Source of the DNA: Nostoc sp.
Lineage (GTDB): Bacteria > Cyanobacteriota > Cyanobacteriia > Cyanobacteriales > Nostocaceae
Assembly: GCA_036918135.1 (NCBI GenBank)
Contig: JBALDB010000032.1
Span: 32,001 to 96,000, forward strand
DNA length: 64,000 bases
Direction: 5' to 3'
Notes under the pieces: generated by a model
Seen by the model: only the letters and a program-made list of their open reading frames with translations
Database searches by the model: none
What the model was told of the DNA's origin: nothing
Position numbers and translations under genes: made by a program
In this document: positions 53,703 to 63,759 of the stretch, piece after piece
How positions within the stretch are numbered: the stretch's first letter is position 1
Layout of the letters: the number at the start of each line of letters is the position of its first letter

Positions 53703-54785
53703 ATGAACTTAGACAACTCCCTTAAGTCCCTTGGTATTGCCGAACCTAGCGGCACCGGCTGGTTGGCAGTAGTATTTACCTTCCTCTTAGCTTGGCTGGT
53801 AACTTGGCGTTTAATTCCGACAGTACGTAAATTCGCCTTGCGCGTAGGTTGGGCTGACCAACCCAATGCACGGCGACTCAACCGAGAACCTTTACCCAAT
53901 GCAGGGGGGCTAGCTATCTACGCAGGCGTAATTGCCGCGCTGGTATTAGCCAGTCTTTTACGACCTATCGAACTCCAAAACGTATTGGCTCAGGTACTAA
54001 CTATTCTCTTGGGGAGTTCAATATTAGTCCTTGTGGGCTTTATCGACGATCAGTTTGGCTTACCGCCCTCTGTGCGTTTGTGGGCACAAATTGTCACAGC
54101 ACTATTATTGGTAGCTAACGGTATCAGTGTCAAAGTCTTATTTGGTACTCCTATCGACTCGCTGCTGTCCTTGTGCCTGACGGTGCTATGGGTAGTAGGG
54201 ATTACCAATGCCATCAACTTGATGGATGGTATGGATGGTTTGGCGGGAGGAATCAGCTTTATTACCGCCATGAGTTTGTTAGGGGTTGCAGCCCAATTTA
54301 ATAACCGTGCAGCCGCAATATTGGTGTTAGCAGCCTTAGGGGGTGCGGCACTGGGCTTTTTGCGCCATAACTTCCATCCGTCACGGATTATTATGGGTGA
54401 TGCTGGAGCATACTTTTTCGGCTATGTCTTAGCAGCAACTAGTATTTTAGGCAGACTGCAACAAAACACAATTTATGCCCTCGTACCCACAGTTTTATTT
54501 CTGTTGTTACCAGTATTAGATACTACTCAAGTATTTGTGCGACGACTATTAGCAGGAAATAACCCTCTGAGTACTCCTGGCAAAGACCACCTCCACCATC
54601 GCTTGCTGGCTTGGGGACTCTCCCAGCGCCACGCTGCCTTTACATTGTGGGGAATTACCTTGGTTTGCAACTTGCTAGCCATGAGAATACAAGGTATGAG
54701 TTTGGCTGTAATGTTGACTACCGCCAGTAGTATTATAATTCTTTTAGCCTTTACTGTGTGGCAAAGAATACGCCAACAACCGTAG
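53703..54785 (+). CDS. MraY/WecA-like glycosyltransferase family 4
   Basis: GFIDD, NAINLMDGMDGL, MGDAG and HLHH motifs. Confidence 0.9.
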   Translation: MNLDNSLKSLGIAEPSGTGWLAVVFTFLLAWLVTWRLIPTVRKFALRVGWADQPNARRLNREPLPNAGGLAIYAGVIAALVLASLLRPIELQNVLAQVLTILLGSSILVLVGFIDDQFGLPPSVRLWAQIVTALLLVANGISVKVLFGTPIDSLLSLCLTVLWVVGITNAINLMDGMDGLAGGISFITAMSLLGVAAQFNNRAAAILVLAALGGAALGFLRHNFHPSRIIMGDAGAYFFGYVLAATSILGRLQQNTIYALVPTVLFLLLPVLDTTQVFVRRLLAGNNPLSTPGKDHLHHRLLAWGLSQRHAAFTLWGITLVCNLLAMRIQGMSLAVMLTTASSIIILLAFTVWQRIRQQP

Positions 54786-54919
54786 TAGAAGAAGGCAAAA
54801 GTAAAACCATTTGAGGAAATATCTGTTACAGATACACACGTAGGGGCATACGGCTGTACGCCCTTACAGCCAATTCATTTGGGATCGAGATTTTGATAAA
54901 TAATATTTAGAACAGAGCG

Positions 54920-55885
54920 ATGGCTCACTATATTTTAAAAGCTACCAAGGAAAGCGTACATCTGGGTGGTTTCTCCGATTCATTAGACCCAGCACTCACT
55001 ATTGATTCTGGTGATACAGTTGACGTAGAAACTTATACTGGTTACTACGTTTATGACAAAGCACCACCAGAGTTTCTCACTCCAGAATTTCTCGACATTT
55101 GCCAAAATCTTTTACCAGAACGCAAAATTGCTGGGGGGCCGCATTTGCTCACAGGGCCAATTTACGTGCGGGATGCCCAACCAGGGGATGTTTTAGAAGT
55201 AAAATTAGAGGCGATCGCACCTCGTTTACCTGTAGGCTTCAATGCAATTCGTACAGGTTGGGGAGCTTTACCACATCAGTTTCCTCAACCCGCTTTAAGA
55301 TTCATTCCTCTGGATTTAGCAAACAATATTGCAGAATTTCCACGCGGTGCTGGGATCAAAATTTCCCTGAAACCGTTTTTTGGAATTCTTGGTGTTGCTA
55401 CCCCAGAAACCTCTCGAACTTCCGTCCCACCAGGTTGTTACGGCGGTAATATCGACAACCGCGAACTCCAAGCAGGTTCTCGTTTATTTTTGCCGATTTT
55501 TGTCCCAGGTGCGTTATTTTCTATTGGTGATGGGCATTCTGCACAGGGAGATGGAGAAGTCAATGTTACCGCCATTGAAACTTCAATGAACGGTAGAATT
55601 ACGCTCAAACTTCGCAAAGATTTACAACTGACAACACCAATTGCCGAAACTCCAACTGATATCATCACAATGGGTTTTGCTCAAACCTTAGATGAAGCCT
55701 TAGAACTAGCTTTAAAAAATATGATTGATTTTCTGGAACGCTTCACAAATTTGTCGCCAGAAGATGCTTATGTATTGTGTAGTTTAGCTGTGAATTTTCA
55801 CATTACTCAAGTTGTGAACAGTCCCCAAAAAGGCGTGCATGGAATGCTACCTAAATCAATATTGTCTAATAATATTAATTTATAA
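54920..55885 (+). CDS. Acetamidase/formamidase family protein
   Basis: LTGPI, GGNID and GDGH.AQGDGE motifs. Confidence 0.9.
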   Translation: MAHYILKATKESVHLGGFSDSLDPALTIDSGDTVDVETYTGYYVYDKAPPEFLTPEFLDICQNLLPERKIAGGPHLLTGPIYVRDAQPGDVLEVKLEAIAPRLPVGFNAIRTGWGALPHQFPQPALRFIPLDLANNIAEFPRGAGIKISLKPFFGILGVATPETSRTSVPPGCYGGNIDNRELQAGSRLFLPIFVPGALFSIGDGHSAQGDGEVNVTAIETSMNGRITLKLRKDLQLTTPIAETPTDIITMGFAQTLDEALELALKNMIDFLERFTNLSPEDAYVLCSLAVNFHITQVVNSPQKGVHGMLPKSILSNNINL

Positions 55886-55970
55886 ATTCTAATCTTAGCG
55901 ACGATTTTTTACAGCAGGTTTCAAGTTGCTGAGTTACAAAAAAATACATAAGTGTTGAAGAATTGCTTAT

Positions 55971-57047
55971 TTAGTCGTTCGATTGGACATCTGTTTTACT
56001 TTCGATTGCTACTTTCTCTAAAGCAGGTTTTTCAAGTGTAAACTCATCAATGAGCGTAACGAACACTGCTGCTGCTGGCACTGCAAGCAATATACCAATA
56101 AATCCGAATAACTTACCCATTACCAGAAATGCCACAATTACCATCACCGGATGAATATTAACTTGCTTACCCATCACCAAAGGCTGGACAATGTGTGCAT
56201 CTATTTGATTCATTGCTAAAAATAGTAACAGCACAAATGCTAGCTTGATTGGTGAAATACTTAGCGCTACTAATGCTGGTAAAAAAGTTCCAATAATCGA
56301 ACCAACGTAAGGAATGATTTCAAATAAACCTGCAATAATCCCGAATGGCAGGGCAGAAGGAATCCCTAAAATTAAAAGTCCAAACGTTACTCCAACACCC
56401 AGAAATATCATTGCTATCCCTGTGCCAAAAATCCAACCCCGCAATCTTATTTTGCAAGCCTTAAGGATTCGTTGAAACTGTTGGTGATGTCGCCTTGGTA
56501 CTAATCTTAAAATTCCATTCACTAATGAATTTGGATCGTAAGCCATGTAAAGCGCTAAAATTAACGTCGCGGCAAATTCCAAGGTGAAGCCGAAAGCTTC
56601 ACTCAAGAAAACTGGTACTCCCCTTAGTAACTGGTTAGCTAAGTTTCGTAATTGTATTAGAGCTTGAGAGATATCAGGAATAAAAGTAAATCTCGTCCGT
56701 AGCTGTTCAACTTCTGTTGTCAATCTATTCAAGTAGGTTGGTAATGTGGTTAGTAATTTCTGTGACTCAGATGTTACACTCGGAACTACTACTGTAATTA
56801 GTACTATAAAAAATCCGATAATTAACCCAATTAAGAGTAAAACAGCTATCTTCTGCGATTTCACAAACTTTTGCAACAATCGTAACAGTGTGCGTAAAAT
56901 CAAAGCAATCAATGCTGCAATCACTAAAAGTTCTAATACCGATAATAGTCGGTAAAGAATATATAGCGCGACTCCTAGTATGACTGCTAACGGTGCACCA
57001 TGAGTTAACTGCGACCATCCATTGTCTTTATCTGTGAGATTTGTCAT
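55971..57047 (-). CDS. AI-2E family transporter
   Basis: IPYVG, P.VMG..V.IHP and G..GILLAVP motifs. Confidence 0.85.
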   Translation of the reverse strand: MTNLTDKDNGWSQLTHGAPLAVILGVALYILYRLLSVLELLVIAALIALILRTLLRLLQKFVKSQKIAVLLLIGLIIGFFIVLITVVVPSVTSESQKLLTTLPTYLNRLTTEVEQLRTRFTFIPDISQALIQLRNLANQLLRGVPVFLSEAFGFTLEFAATLILALYMAYDPNSLVNGILRLVPRRHHQQFQRILKACKIRLRGWIFGTGIAMIFLGVGVTFGLLILGIPSALPFGIIAGLFEIIPYVGSIIGTFLPALVALSISPIKLAFVLLLFLAMNQIDAHIVQPLVMGKQVNIHPVMVIVAFLVMGKLFGFIGILLAVPAAAVFVTLIDEFTLEKPALEKVAIESKTDVQSND

Positions 57048-57113
57048 TAATCGTTATATTTAGTAACTTTCAATATGTTTACTTTAAATTTTCTTTATAA
57101 ATTTTCTCTCAGA

Positions 57114-57725
57114 TTATTCTGAATTGGTCAGACCATTAGGCATGTTATCTCTAAATAGAAAATCTAGAACACGCCGAACATAAGTACCCCATGATTCGGC
57201 ATTAGGTGGAAAGACTGATGCATAAAGCATGATACTGCTTATTGTGTCAAAGAATAAATCGGAATCGGCATCTGCTTGGAGTTCTCCCCGCTGTTTGCCA
57301 CGTTCTAACACGATCGCAAAAGCTTGCCGTCGAGGCTGTAAATATTTCTGCCAATACATTTGAGCGAACTGAGGATTGGTTAATGCAGTACTAATAATTA
57401 TGGCAACAGTCTGTTTTCCTAAAGGGTTGAGTGTCAGTTGTGCGGCACTCTCGATTAAACAATCGATATCACCCCAGAAACTACCTGTATCAGGTATCAC
57501 AAGTTCTTCTCTGAGACTTTCAATAGCGTCTGCAATCAACTCTTCTTTGGAACTATATCTTCGATAAATTGTGGATTTGCCTACTCCAGCACGGGCGGCG
57601 ATCGCATCAATACTCATGTGAGTAAAACCAACCTCTATCAATAAATCAATTGTCGCTTGGAGAATTGCTTGATGAGACTCAATACTGCGGGGTCTTCCAG
57701 GACGCTTTTTAGCCGATTCACTCAT
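57114..57725 (-). CDS. TetR/AcrR family regulator
   Basis: GRPR and IAARAGVGKSTIYRRY motifs. Confidence 0.92.
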   Translation of the reverse strand: MSESAKKRPGRPRSIESHQAILQATIDLLIEVGFTHMSIDAIAARAGVGKSTIYRRYSSKEELIADAIESLREELVIPDTGSFWGDIDCLIESAAQLTLNPLGKQTVAIIISTALTNPQFAQMYWQKYLQPRRQAFAIVLERGKQRGELQADADSDLFFDTISSIMLYASVFPPNAESWGTYVRRVLDFLFRDNMPNGLTNSE

Positions 57726-57790
57726 GTAACAAAAACTTCATCTTAATTTTTCTCTCAAACAAACCATAAATATGATTGACATTTCTGTTT

Positions 57791-57823
57791 AATATTATCG
57801 ATACTATTAGTATCGATAATATT
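57791..57823. promoter_or_regulatory. Probable TetR operator (perfect palindrome with 16-bp arms)
   Basis: aatattatcgatacta-t-tagtatcgataatatt between divergent genes. Confidence 0.7.
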
Positions 57824-57835
57824 ATTGACAGACCT

Positions 57836-58330
57836 ATGTCTTTGCGAACTCGACCCCAATATACCAACAAAAATAGTACTCAAACTTTACGTCAAGGATT
57901 AGAGGAATACTACGCCCGCAATTTGAATCTCACTCATCCCAGTACTCAGCCAGAGGATTTTGCCAAAATTTTGCTTGCTCATGATATTAGTCATGTCATT
58001 TATGGCTGTGAGACAAATATGTACGACGAACTTAAGATTTTGCCGCTAACATTTTGGACAAGTGACTTTAAATTTAGAGATTGGTTGCGTGAGCGCCAGA
58101 ATCCATCTGTAAATGTGATGTATGAAGACTTGCTCAAGCATTATGGTGTGATTCGCTTGTACAGTTCCATATTTTCTCAATCATTACGATTAGTGCCAGA
58201 GTTTATTTCAATGTGGCTTAAAACTCGTAACCATAAAACTTTCCTCCCATTTCTTAACTTAGAACCAATGTTAGACCGTTCGCTATTAGAAATTCGTCAA
58301 GAGTTTGACCTTTTTCCTTTTATCAAATAG
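57836..58330 (+). CDS. Hypothetical protein with HDxxH motif (Coq4-like metal site)
   Basis: AHDISHVIYG...E; ATG start at 57836. Confidence 0.6.
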   Translation: MSLRTRPQYTNKNSTQTLRQGLEEYYARNLNLTHPSTQPEDFAKILLAHDISHVIYGCETNMYDELKILPLTFWTSDFKFRDWLRERQNPSVNVMYEDLLKHYGVIRLYSSIFSQSLRLVPEFISMWLKTRNHKTFLPFLNLEPMLDRSLLEIRQEFDLFPFIK

Positions 58331-58771
58331 ATTTATCCTAGTTTCCGCACGAATGCCAAAACTACAATTTTGGTAAACACAAACCTTCCTGGGCTGACAC
58401 TAATTTAACTTTATTCATTTGCCTGTAATACACTTTTTACCTCATTCATTGTTAGGATTTTTAATTCGCTACAGCATATAGCAGGAGGTAGGAGGCAGAA
58501 GGTAAAACTATTACTGTTGCTAACATTCATGCTTGTCATTATGTCCTAAAGGCTGTGACTACAGCGATATCAATCGGTAAAGTCACCCATTTAGGTGAAG
58601 GCATACAGACATACTAATGCCTAGTATGAAGTAAGATTAAGACATTATGAAGCTAATTATGCCCCTAACTGTGAAATAAAGATTTAATCCCAAAAGGAAA
58701 ACTCCGTATTCTCTACTTATCCTCTAACTAAAGGCTACTCTTATATAAAAATATTTACAGGCTTCTATAAT

Positions 58772-60241
58772 ATGGCTACGCACATAGAAATTCCAGTTAT
58801 TGGCAAAGTAAAGTATCCATTACGCTGGCTGATTGGGCTGATGGCAGGGGGAGCTTTAGTTGTTGGTACAGTCGCAAACTATACTCTGATAAATCAAGGC
58901 ACAAACAAACAAGACATCGATCGCTTAACTGTTCCAGTTGCAGCACAAAATGTTACATTACGGATTACGGCGAGTGGGAAAGTCGTACCAGTGCAGAGCG
59001 TGAATATTAGTCCCAAGAATCCTGGTGTGCTGTCGCAATTGTATGTCCAACAAGGCGATCGCATTCAAAAAGGACAAATTCTCGCCCGCATGGATAGTGC
59101 CAGCATTGAAGCACAAAGGAGCCAGTATCTTGCTAACTTAGCCCAAAGTCAAGCACAGTTAGCCGAAGCCCTTGCTGGTAGTCGTCCTCAAGAAATTACC
59201 CAAGCTAAGGCACGATTAGCCCAAGCTCAAGCCCAGCTAACCCAGGCTCGTACAGGTAATCGTCCCCAAGAAATTGCCCAAGCTCAAGCCCAAGTGGACG
59301 CAGCTCAAGCAAAGGTGAATTATACTGCTCAACAAGTCAAACGTTATCAATATCTTTATCAACAGGGCGCTGAAAACAAACAATTACTCGATCAAGCCAT
59401 CAGCGAAGACAAAAGTGCAACAGCCAGTTTAGAAGAAGCAAAAAAACGATTTTCCTTAGTGCAAAGTGGCAGTCGTAGTGAAGAAATTGCTGGGCGTCAA
59501 GCAGCTGTCAATGAAGCACGCGCAGCATTGGTACTGTTGGAAGATGGTACCCGTAGTGAAGAAATAGCCGCACGCCAAGCAGCTGTCGCAGCTGCCCAAG
59601 CTCAGTTGAAGGGTGTGCAAGTACAGTTGGAAGATACAATTATTCGCGCTCCCCTTTCGGGAATTGTCACCCAAAAGTATGCCGATCCTGGCGCTTTTGT
59701 CACACCCACAACTTCTGCTTCTACTAGTGCATCGGCAACTTCCAGTTCAATTGTCGCCGTAGCACGCGGTTTAGAAATATTAGCTCAAGTTCCGGAAGCC
59801 GATCTTGGCAGAATCAAACCGGGACAGCAGGTAGAAATTGTCGCTGATGCTTATCCAGATCGAGTTTTTAAAGGTCATGTACGCCTGATTGCTCCAGAAG
59901 CAGTGATAGAACAAGGTGTGACATCCTTCCAAGTGCGAGTTGCATTGGATACTGGCACAGATAAACTGCGTTCTGGGTTAAATGTAGATCTGACTTTTTT
60001 GGGCGATCGCGTTAATAATGCCTTAGTATTACCAACAGTATCAATCGTCACCGAAAAAGGTAGAACTGGCGTACTTGTACCAGATGCAGATAATAAACCC
60101 CAATTCCGCGAAGTCACAGTTGGGGCGCAAATCAAAGACCAAACTCAGATTTTAGAGGGAGTTAAAGAAGGCGATCGCATATTTATCAATCCACCTAAAG
60201 ATTACAAAATCGAAAAGGCCAAAGAACAGCAGAATAAATAA
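58772..60241 (+). CDS. Efflux periplasmic adaptor subunit (HlyD/MacA-like)
   Basis: TM anchor, long Ala/Gln coiled coil, IRAP..G motif. Confidence 0.88.
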   Translation: MATHIEIPVIGKVKYPLRWLIGLMAGGALVVGTVANYTLINQGTNKQDIDRLTVPVAAQNVTLRITASGKVVPVQSVNISPKNPGVLSQLYVQQGDRIQKGQILARMDSASIEAQRSQYLANLAQSQAQLAEALAGSRPQEITQAKARLAQAQAQLTQARTGNRPQEIAQAQAQVDAAQAKVNYTAQQVKRYQYLYQQGAENKQLLDQAISEDKSATASLEEAKKRFSLVQSGSRSEEIAGRQAAVNEARAALVLLEDGTRSEEIAARQAAVAAAQAQLKGVQVQLEDTIIRAPLSGIVTQKYADPGAFVTPTTSASTSASATSSSIVAVARGLEILAQVPEADLGRIKPGQQVEIVADAYPDRVFKGHVRLIAPEAVIEQGVTSFQVRVALDTGTDKLRSGLNVDLTFLGDRVNNALVLPTVSIVTEKGRTGVLVPDADNKPQFREVTVGAQIKDQTQILEGVKEGDRIFINPPKDYKIEKAKEQQNK

Positions 60242-60357
60242 TTTCAAAATTGGGGAGTGTGGAGATGGGGAGATAGGAAGAATAACTCTTAACTTCTAAC
60301 TCAACAGCTAACAGTCAACTTTTAATAGAAACTTTTAATCTAAAATCTAAAATTGGC

Positions 60358-61575
60358 ATGAATTTCTTAGAAAGCGTCCAAATGGCAGGGAAAACCTTGC
60401 TATCAAATAAGCTGCGTAGCGCCCTCACCATGTTGGGTATAGTTATTGGCAACGCCTCAGTGATTGCCATGATTGGCATTGGCGAAGGTGGACAAAAGTT
60501 TGTTAATAAACAGTTGGAATCACTAGGGCCAAATGTGCTGTTTGTAATTCCCGGAAATCGAGAAACTCAACGCATTTCCTTTGAAGTACCAAAAACTTTA
60601 GTGTTGCAAGATGCCGATGCAATTGCTTCTCAAGTGCCAACAGTAATAGGAGTTGCACCAGAGTTAAATACAAGACAAGTAATTACTTACCGGAATAGAA
60701 ACACTGATGTCAACATCATTGGCACAACTCCCAGCTTTCTACCGGTGCGCGATTTTGAAACTGATAAAGGCAGGTTTTTTAGTGAAGTAGACATCAAGCG
60801 AAGCAACCAAGTTGTTGTATTAGGTGCAAACTTAGCAGAAAAACTATTCGGTAATAGTAACGCTATCGGTCAGCAATTGCGAATTGGTAATACTAGCTTT
60901 CAAGTGATTGGGACATTAACAGCCAAAGGTTCCAGCGTGGGAGCAGATTACGATGAAGCTGCCTTAATACCGATTACAACCTCAGCAAACCGCCTTGTGG
61001 GAAAGAATTCTCCCTATGGTATCGCCTTAGATTACCTCGTCGCTGCCGCTCGTGATTCTGATAGCGTCGATGCAGCAGAGTTTCAAATTACTAATTTGCT
61101 GCGTCTACGCCACAAAATCAATGGTGAAGATGACTTTACGCTTCGTACCCAGAAAGATGCTTTGCAAACTGTAGGTCAAATTACGGGTGCATTGACAATT
61201 ATGCTAGCAGCGATCGCCGCCATATCCTTGTTTGTCGGCGGCATTGGCATCATGAATATTATGTTAGTCTCCGTCACCGAACGCACCCAAGAAATCGGAT
61301 TAAGAAAAGCGATCGGTGCAACAGAGCAAGATATTTTGCTACAGTTCATCATCGAAGCAATAATAGTTTCTGCCGCCGGCGGTTTAGTTGGGACTGCCGT
61401 TGGTGTTAGTGGCATTCTGTTAGTAGCATCTTTAACACCTTTAAACGCGGGAATTTCTCCCGTAGCAATTACTATGGCAGTTGGTGTTTCTGGCGGTATC
61501 GGTTTATTCTTTGGTGTTGTTCCTGCACGTCGTGCAGCGAAACTCGACCCCATCGTGGCCTTAAGAAGTGCTTAG
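60358..61575 (+). CDS. MacB-like ABC transporter permease
   Basis: RSALTMLGI.IG, GGIGIMNIMLVSVTERT.EIG and PARRAA.LDP motifs. Confidence 0.92.
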   Translation: MNFLESVQMAGKTLLSNKLRSALTMLGIVIGNASVIAMIGIGEGGQKFVNKQLESLGPNVLFVIPGNRETQRISFEVPKTLVLQDADAIASQVPTVIGVAPELNTRQVITYRNRNTDVNIIGTTPSFLPVRDFETDKGRFFSEVDIKRSNQVVVLGANLAEKLFGNSNAIGQQLRIGNTSFQVIGTLTAKGSSVGADYDEAALIPITTSANRLVGKNSPYGIALDYLVAAARDSDSVDAAEFQITNLLRLRHKINGEDDFTLRTQKDALQTVGQITGALTIMLAAIAAISLFVGGIGIMNIMLVSVTERTQEIGLRKAIGATEQDILLQFIIEAIIVSAAGGLVGTAVGVSGILLVASLTPLNAGISPVAITMAVGVSGGIGLFFGVVPARRAAKLDPIVALRSA

Positions 61576-61630
61576 TCAAACAATTTTCAATTTTGGATGA
61601 AAATTCGCTAAAGTAAAAATCAAAAACAAA

Positions 61631-61738
61631 GGCGGGTGCGGGAATTGAACCCGCTAATCCCCAAAATGGTGGAGATGTATCCGATAACCCTACATTCTTC
61701 GTCCCCGAAAGGCAAGTTGCGAATAAGGGTAACCCGCC
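61631..61738 (-). ncRNA. tRNA-like / Y-RNA-like ncRNA lacking a D arm (unit 4, downstream of Ro60)
   Basis: Acceptor GGCGGGT/ACCCGCC, T arm GCGGG-TTCAATT-CCCGC, and the core CTTGCC-TTTCGG-GGACGAAG...AGGGTTATCG shared with the upstream units. Confidence 0.7.
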
Positions 61739-61786
61739 ATGAAGTAATGAAAGATAAAGTTTTTTATCCTTATCCTTCACCAATTT

Positions 61787-63388
61787 TTATAACTCATCCG
61801 TGGCCAGCATTTGGATAATTCGAGGCGTACCCGGATCGAATCCTGCCAAATCCCAAGACAGCGAATCTTCAGGATCTACCAAAGTAATTTGATAAGGTGT
61901 CAGGGTGACATACACCACCTTGACGTTGGGATTTATTTTTTTGCGGTACTCTTCCAGCGCTTGACTTGGATGCTTATATCCAGCCCAACTTTCCGAGTCA
62001 GTCCAAAAGCAGACAATATCCGCCTTGAACTTGTTTTTAATCATCCAGTCGTAAGCCACAGATGCATCGGTTCCACCGAAGTTTTGGTTACTAGCTTTGC
62101 GAACAGCAGAACTAAAACTATCTTTAGCAGTGATATCTAATTCCCGGAATTCTGTAGCAAAGCCGCGAATTATGTAGTTTTTCTCTGCTTTTGCTGTTAC
62201 TAATGCCATTGTGGTCGCAATTTCACAACAACTCAGTCCCATATCTGCAACCAAGCTACCCATAGAACCAGAAACGTCTACGGCGTGCATGAACACTTTA
62301 CCTGTAGGTTGCACAACATCAAAAGACAGTTCAACTGCTTTTTCTAAAATGTCCACAATCCGAGGAACTGGATTCCAAGTCTTCTGACTGCGTCCTAATC
62401 TACCACCAGATTGATATGTTTTGAGCGCTTTCAAAACATCAATCGGATGTATGCGACCTTTACGCAGATGTTCTTGGTTATTGAGAACTACTTCCACTCG
62501 TAGCAAGTTGGCGCTTTCGTCAGTTCGCAATACACCTAGTTCGGTCAAAGAACCCAGGTTACGCAGCATTGCACCTATTGGCATTTCCTGAAATAGCAGC
62601 TGCCAAGCAGCTTTGTCCATTTTGCCTACAGGTGCAGCCATTTCGTGGGTTAGGCGTCCTTGGGAAATAGCTTCATGAGTTTGGGTTGGGTTTTGCTTAA
62701 GCCATTCATACCACCAAATCTGCGCCAAGGCTTCTGAGGGGATATCTGCTGGCAATTCTTCCCAGCCTTTAACCACCCACTCAAATAGTTGACGATGATT
62801 TTCTGTAAGTGGTTTGACATGGAATAACCGCAATGCATCTCGGTGAGTAAAGCCTTGACGCTGTTGATATTTCAAGAGTTGATAAGCTAAACCTTTGACA
62901 TCTTCCCGTGATAGCCAAGTTTTACCAGCTTCCCGTACTACCTTGCCAAATCCTCGCAGAGATTTGGTGTAATTCAGCCATTCATAGAAGTGGCTACCAG
63001 TGCGGACAACTTGGGGGAAAATTTCACTAAAAGCTCGTTTTGCTTCTGGTGCTTCACCCATAGACAACAAAACTAAAGCCAAGATAGGCGCACTGTTATT
63101 GATGGCACGTCCATCGCTAGCATATAAAATTTCTTCTGCCACACGACCGGGATTTTCAGCAACAGCTTGTCTAACAACTGCCACAAAATCTTCAGTTAAT
63201 TCTTGTTTGCCAGCATAATAAGTGCTTTTTGCCGTGCCAACTAAAAGACAACGGCGTAACATTTTCCAAATACCAGCATCAAACATCCAACCGCCGGAAC
63301 GTCCCTCAATCATCTCGGCTTCCCGTCCGGGAATAGGCTGATTTTGAGGTGTAGTTGTCTTCTTTTTAGTGAAAAAATTGTAATTCAT
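61787..63388 (-). CDS. Ro60/Rsr-like TROVE + vWA RNA-binding protein (533 aa)
   Basis: KYQQR.G.THRD.LRL.H, MP..AMLRNLG, RIHP, MIDAS DVSGSM, GGTD and TD.E; true start MNYNFF preceded by GGAG. Confidence 0.9.
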   Translation of the reverse strand: MNYNFFTKKKTTTPQNQPIPGREAEMIEGRSGGWMFDAGIWKMLRRCLLVGTAKSTYYAGKQELTEDFVAVVRQAVAENPGRVAEEILYASDGRAINNSAPILALVLLSMGEAPEAKRAFSEIFPQVVRTGSHFYEWLNYTKSLRGFGKVVREAGKTWLSREDVKGLAYQLLKYQQRQGFTHRDALRLFHVKPLTENHRQLFEWVVKGWEELPADIPSEALAQIWWYEWLKQNPTQTHEAISQGRLTHEMAAPVGKMDKAAWQLLFQEMPIGAMLRNLGSLTELGVLRTDESANLLRVEVVLNNQEHLRKGRIHPIDVLKALKTYQSGGRLGRSQKTWNPVPRIVDILEKAVELSFDVVQPTGKVFMHAVDVSGSMGSLVADMGLSCCEIATTMALVTAKAEKNYIIRGFATEFRELDITAKDSFSSAVRKASNQNFGGTDASVAYDWMIKNKFKADIVCFWTDSESWAGYKHPSQALEEYRKKINPNVKVVYVTLTPYQITLVDPEDSLSWDLAGFDPGTPRIIQMLATDEL

Positions 63389-63425
63389 CGTTTCATCTCC
63401 CGGCCCTTGCGGGCAAAAATGAAAG

Positions 63426-63570
63426 GTGGCAGAGCAGGATTTGTAGCTTGCTTCCCGTAGGGTACTTGTGATATCCGGCTTAAAAAGCGGTAACCCTAAT
63501 TTGTCGAACTTTTCAGGCAAGGGGTGAACAAAGATGTTTTTCGGCGCTCTACTACTGAGCTACCTGCCAC
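63426..63570 (-). ncRNA. tRNA-like / Y-RNA-like ncRNA (unit 3, degenerate, T loop interrupted)
   Basis: Acceptor TGGCAGG/TCTGCCA, D arm GCTC-AGTAGTA-GAGC, shared core with GAAA loop, and a ~21-nt repeat in the T arm. Confidence 0.65.
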
Positions 63571-63596
63571 ATGAAAATTAAAAACGTAAAATTTAC

Positions 63597-63738
63597 TCTG
63601 GTGGAACAGGATTTGAACCTGCAACCCATGAATTGGCGATAACCCTCGATTCGTCGGCCTTTACAGGCAAGTTTGTGAACTAAGGACTATGGGTAATTAA
63701 CCCATTCATTGCTCTACCAGATTGAGCTACCCACCAGA
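63597..63738 (-). ncRNA. tRNA-like / Y-RNA-like ncRNA (unit 2)
   Basis: Acceptor TGGTGGG/TCCACCA, D arm GCTC-AATCTGGTA-GAGC, T arm GCAGG-TTCAAAT-CCTGT; anticodon loop replaced by the TTGCCT-GTAA-AGGCCGA module. Confidence 0.8.
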
Positions 63739-63759
63739 TGATAATTCAAAATTAGGTTT

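Noticed and set aside
61472..61818. ORFs 61472..61783 and 61636..61818
   Set aside because: They overlap the structured ncRNA unit 4 and gene ends, with no recognisable motifs.
63389..63520. 44-aa N-terminal extension of the TROVE ORF in the ORF track
   Set aside because: It overlaps ncRNA unit 3; the ATG at 63388 has a GGAG ribosome-binding site and begins the plausible protein.
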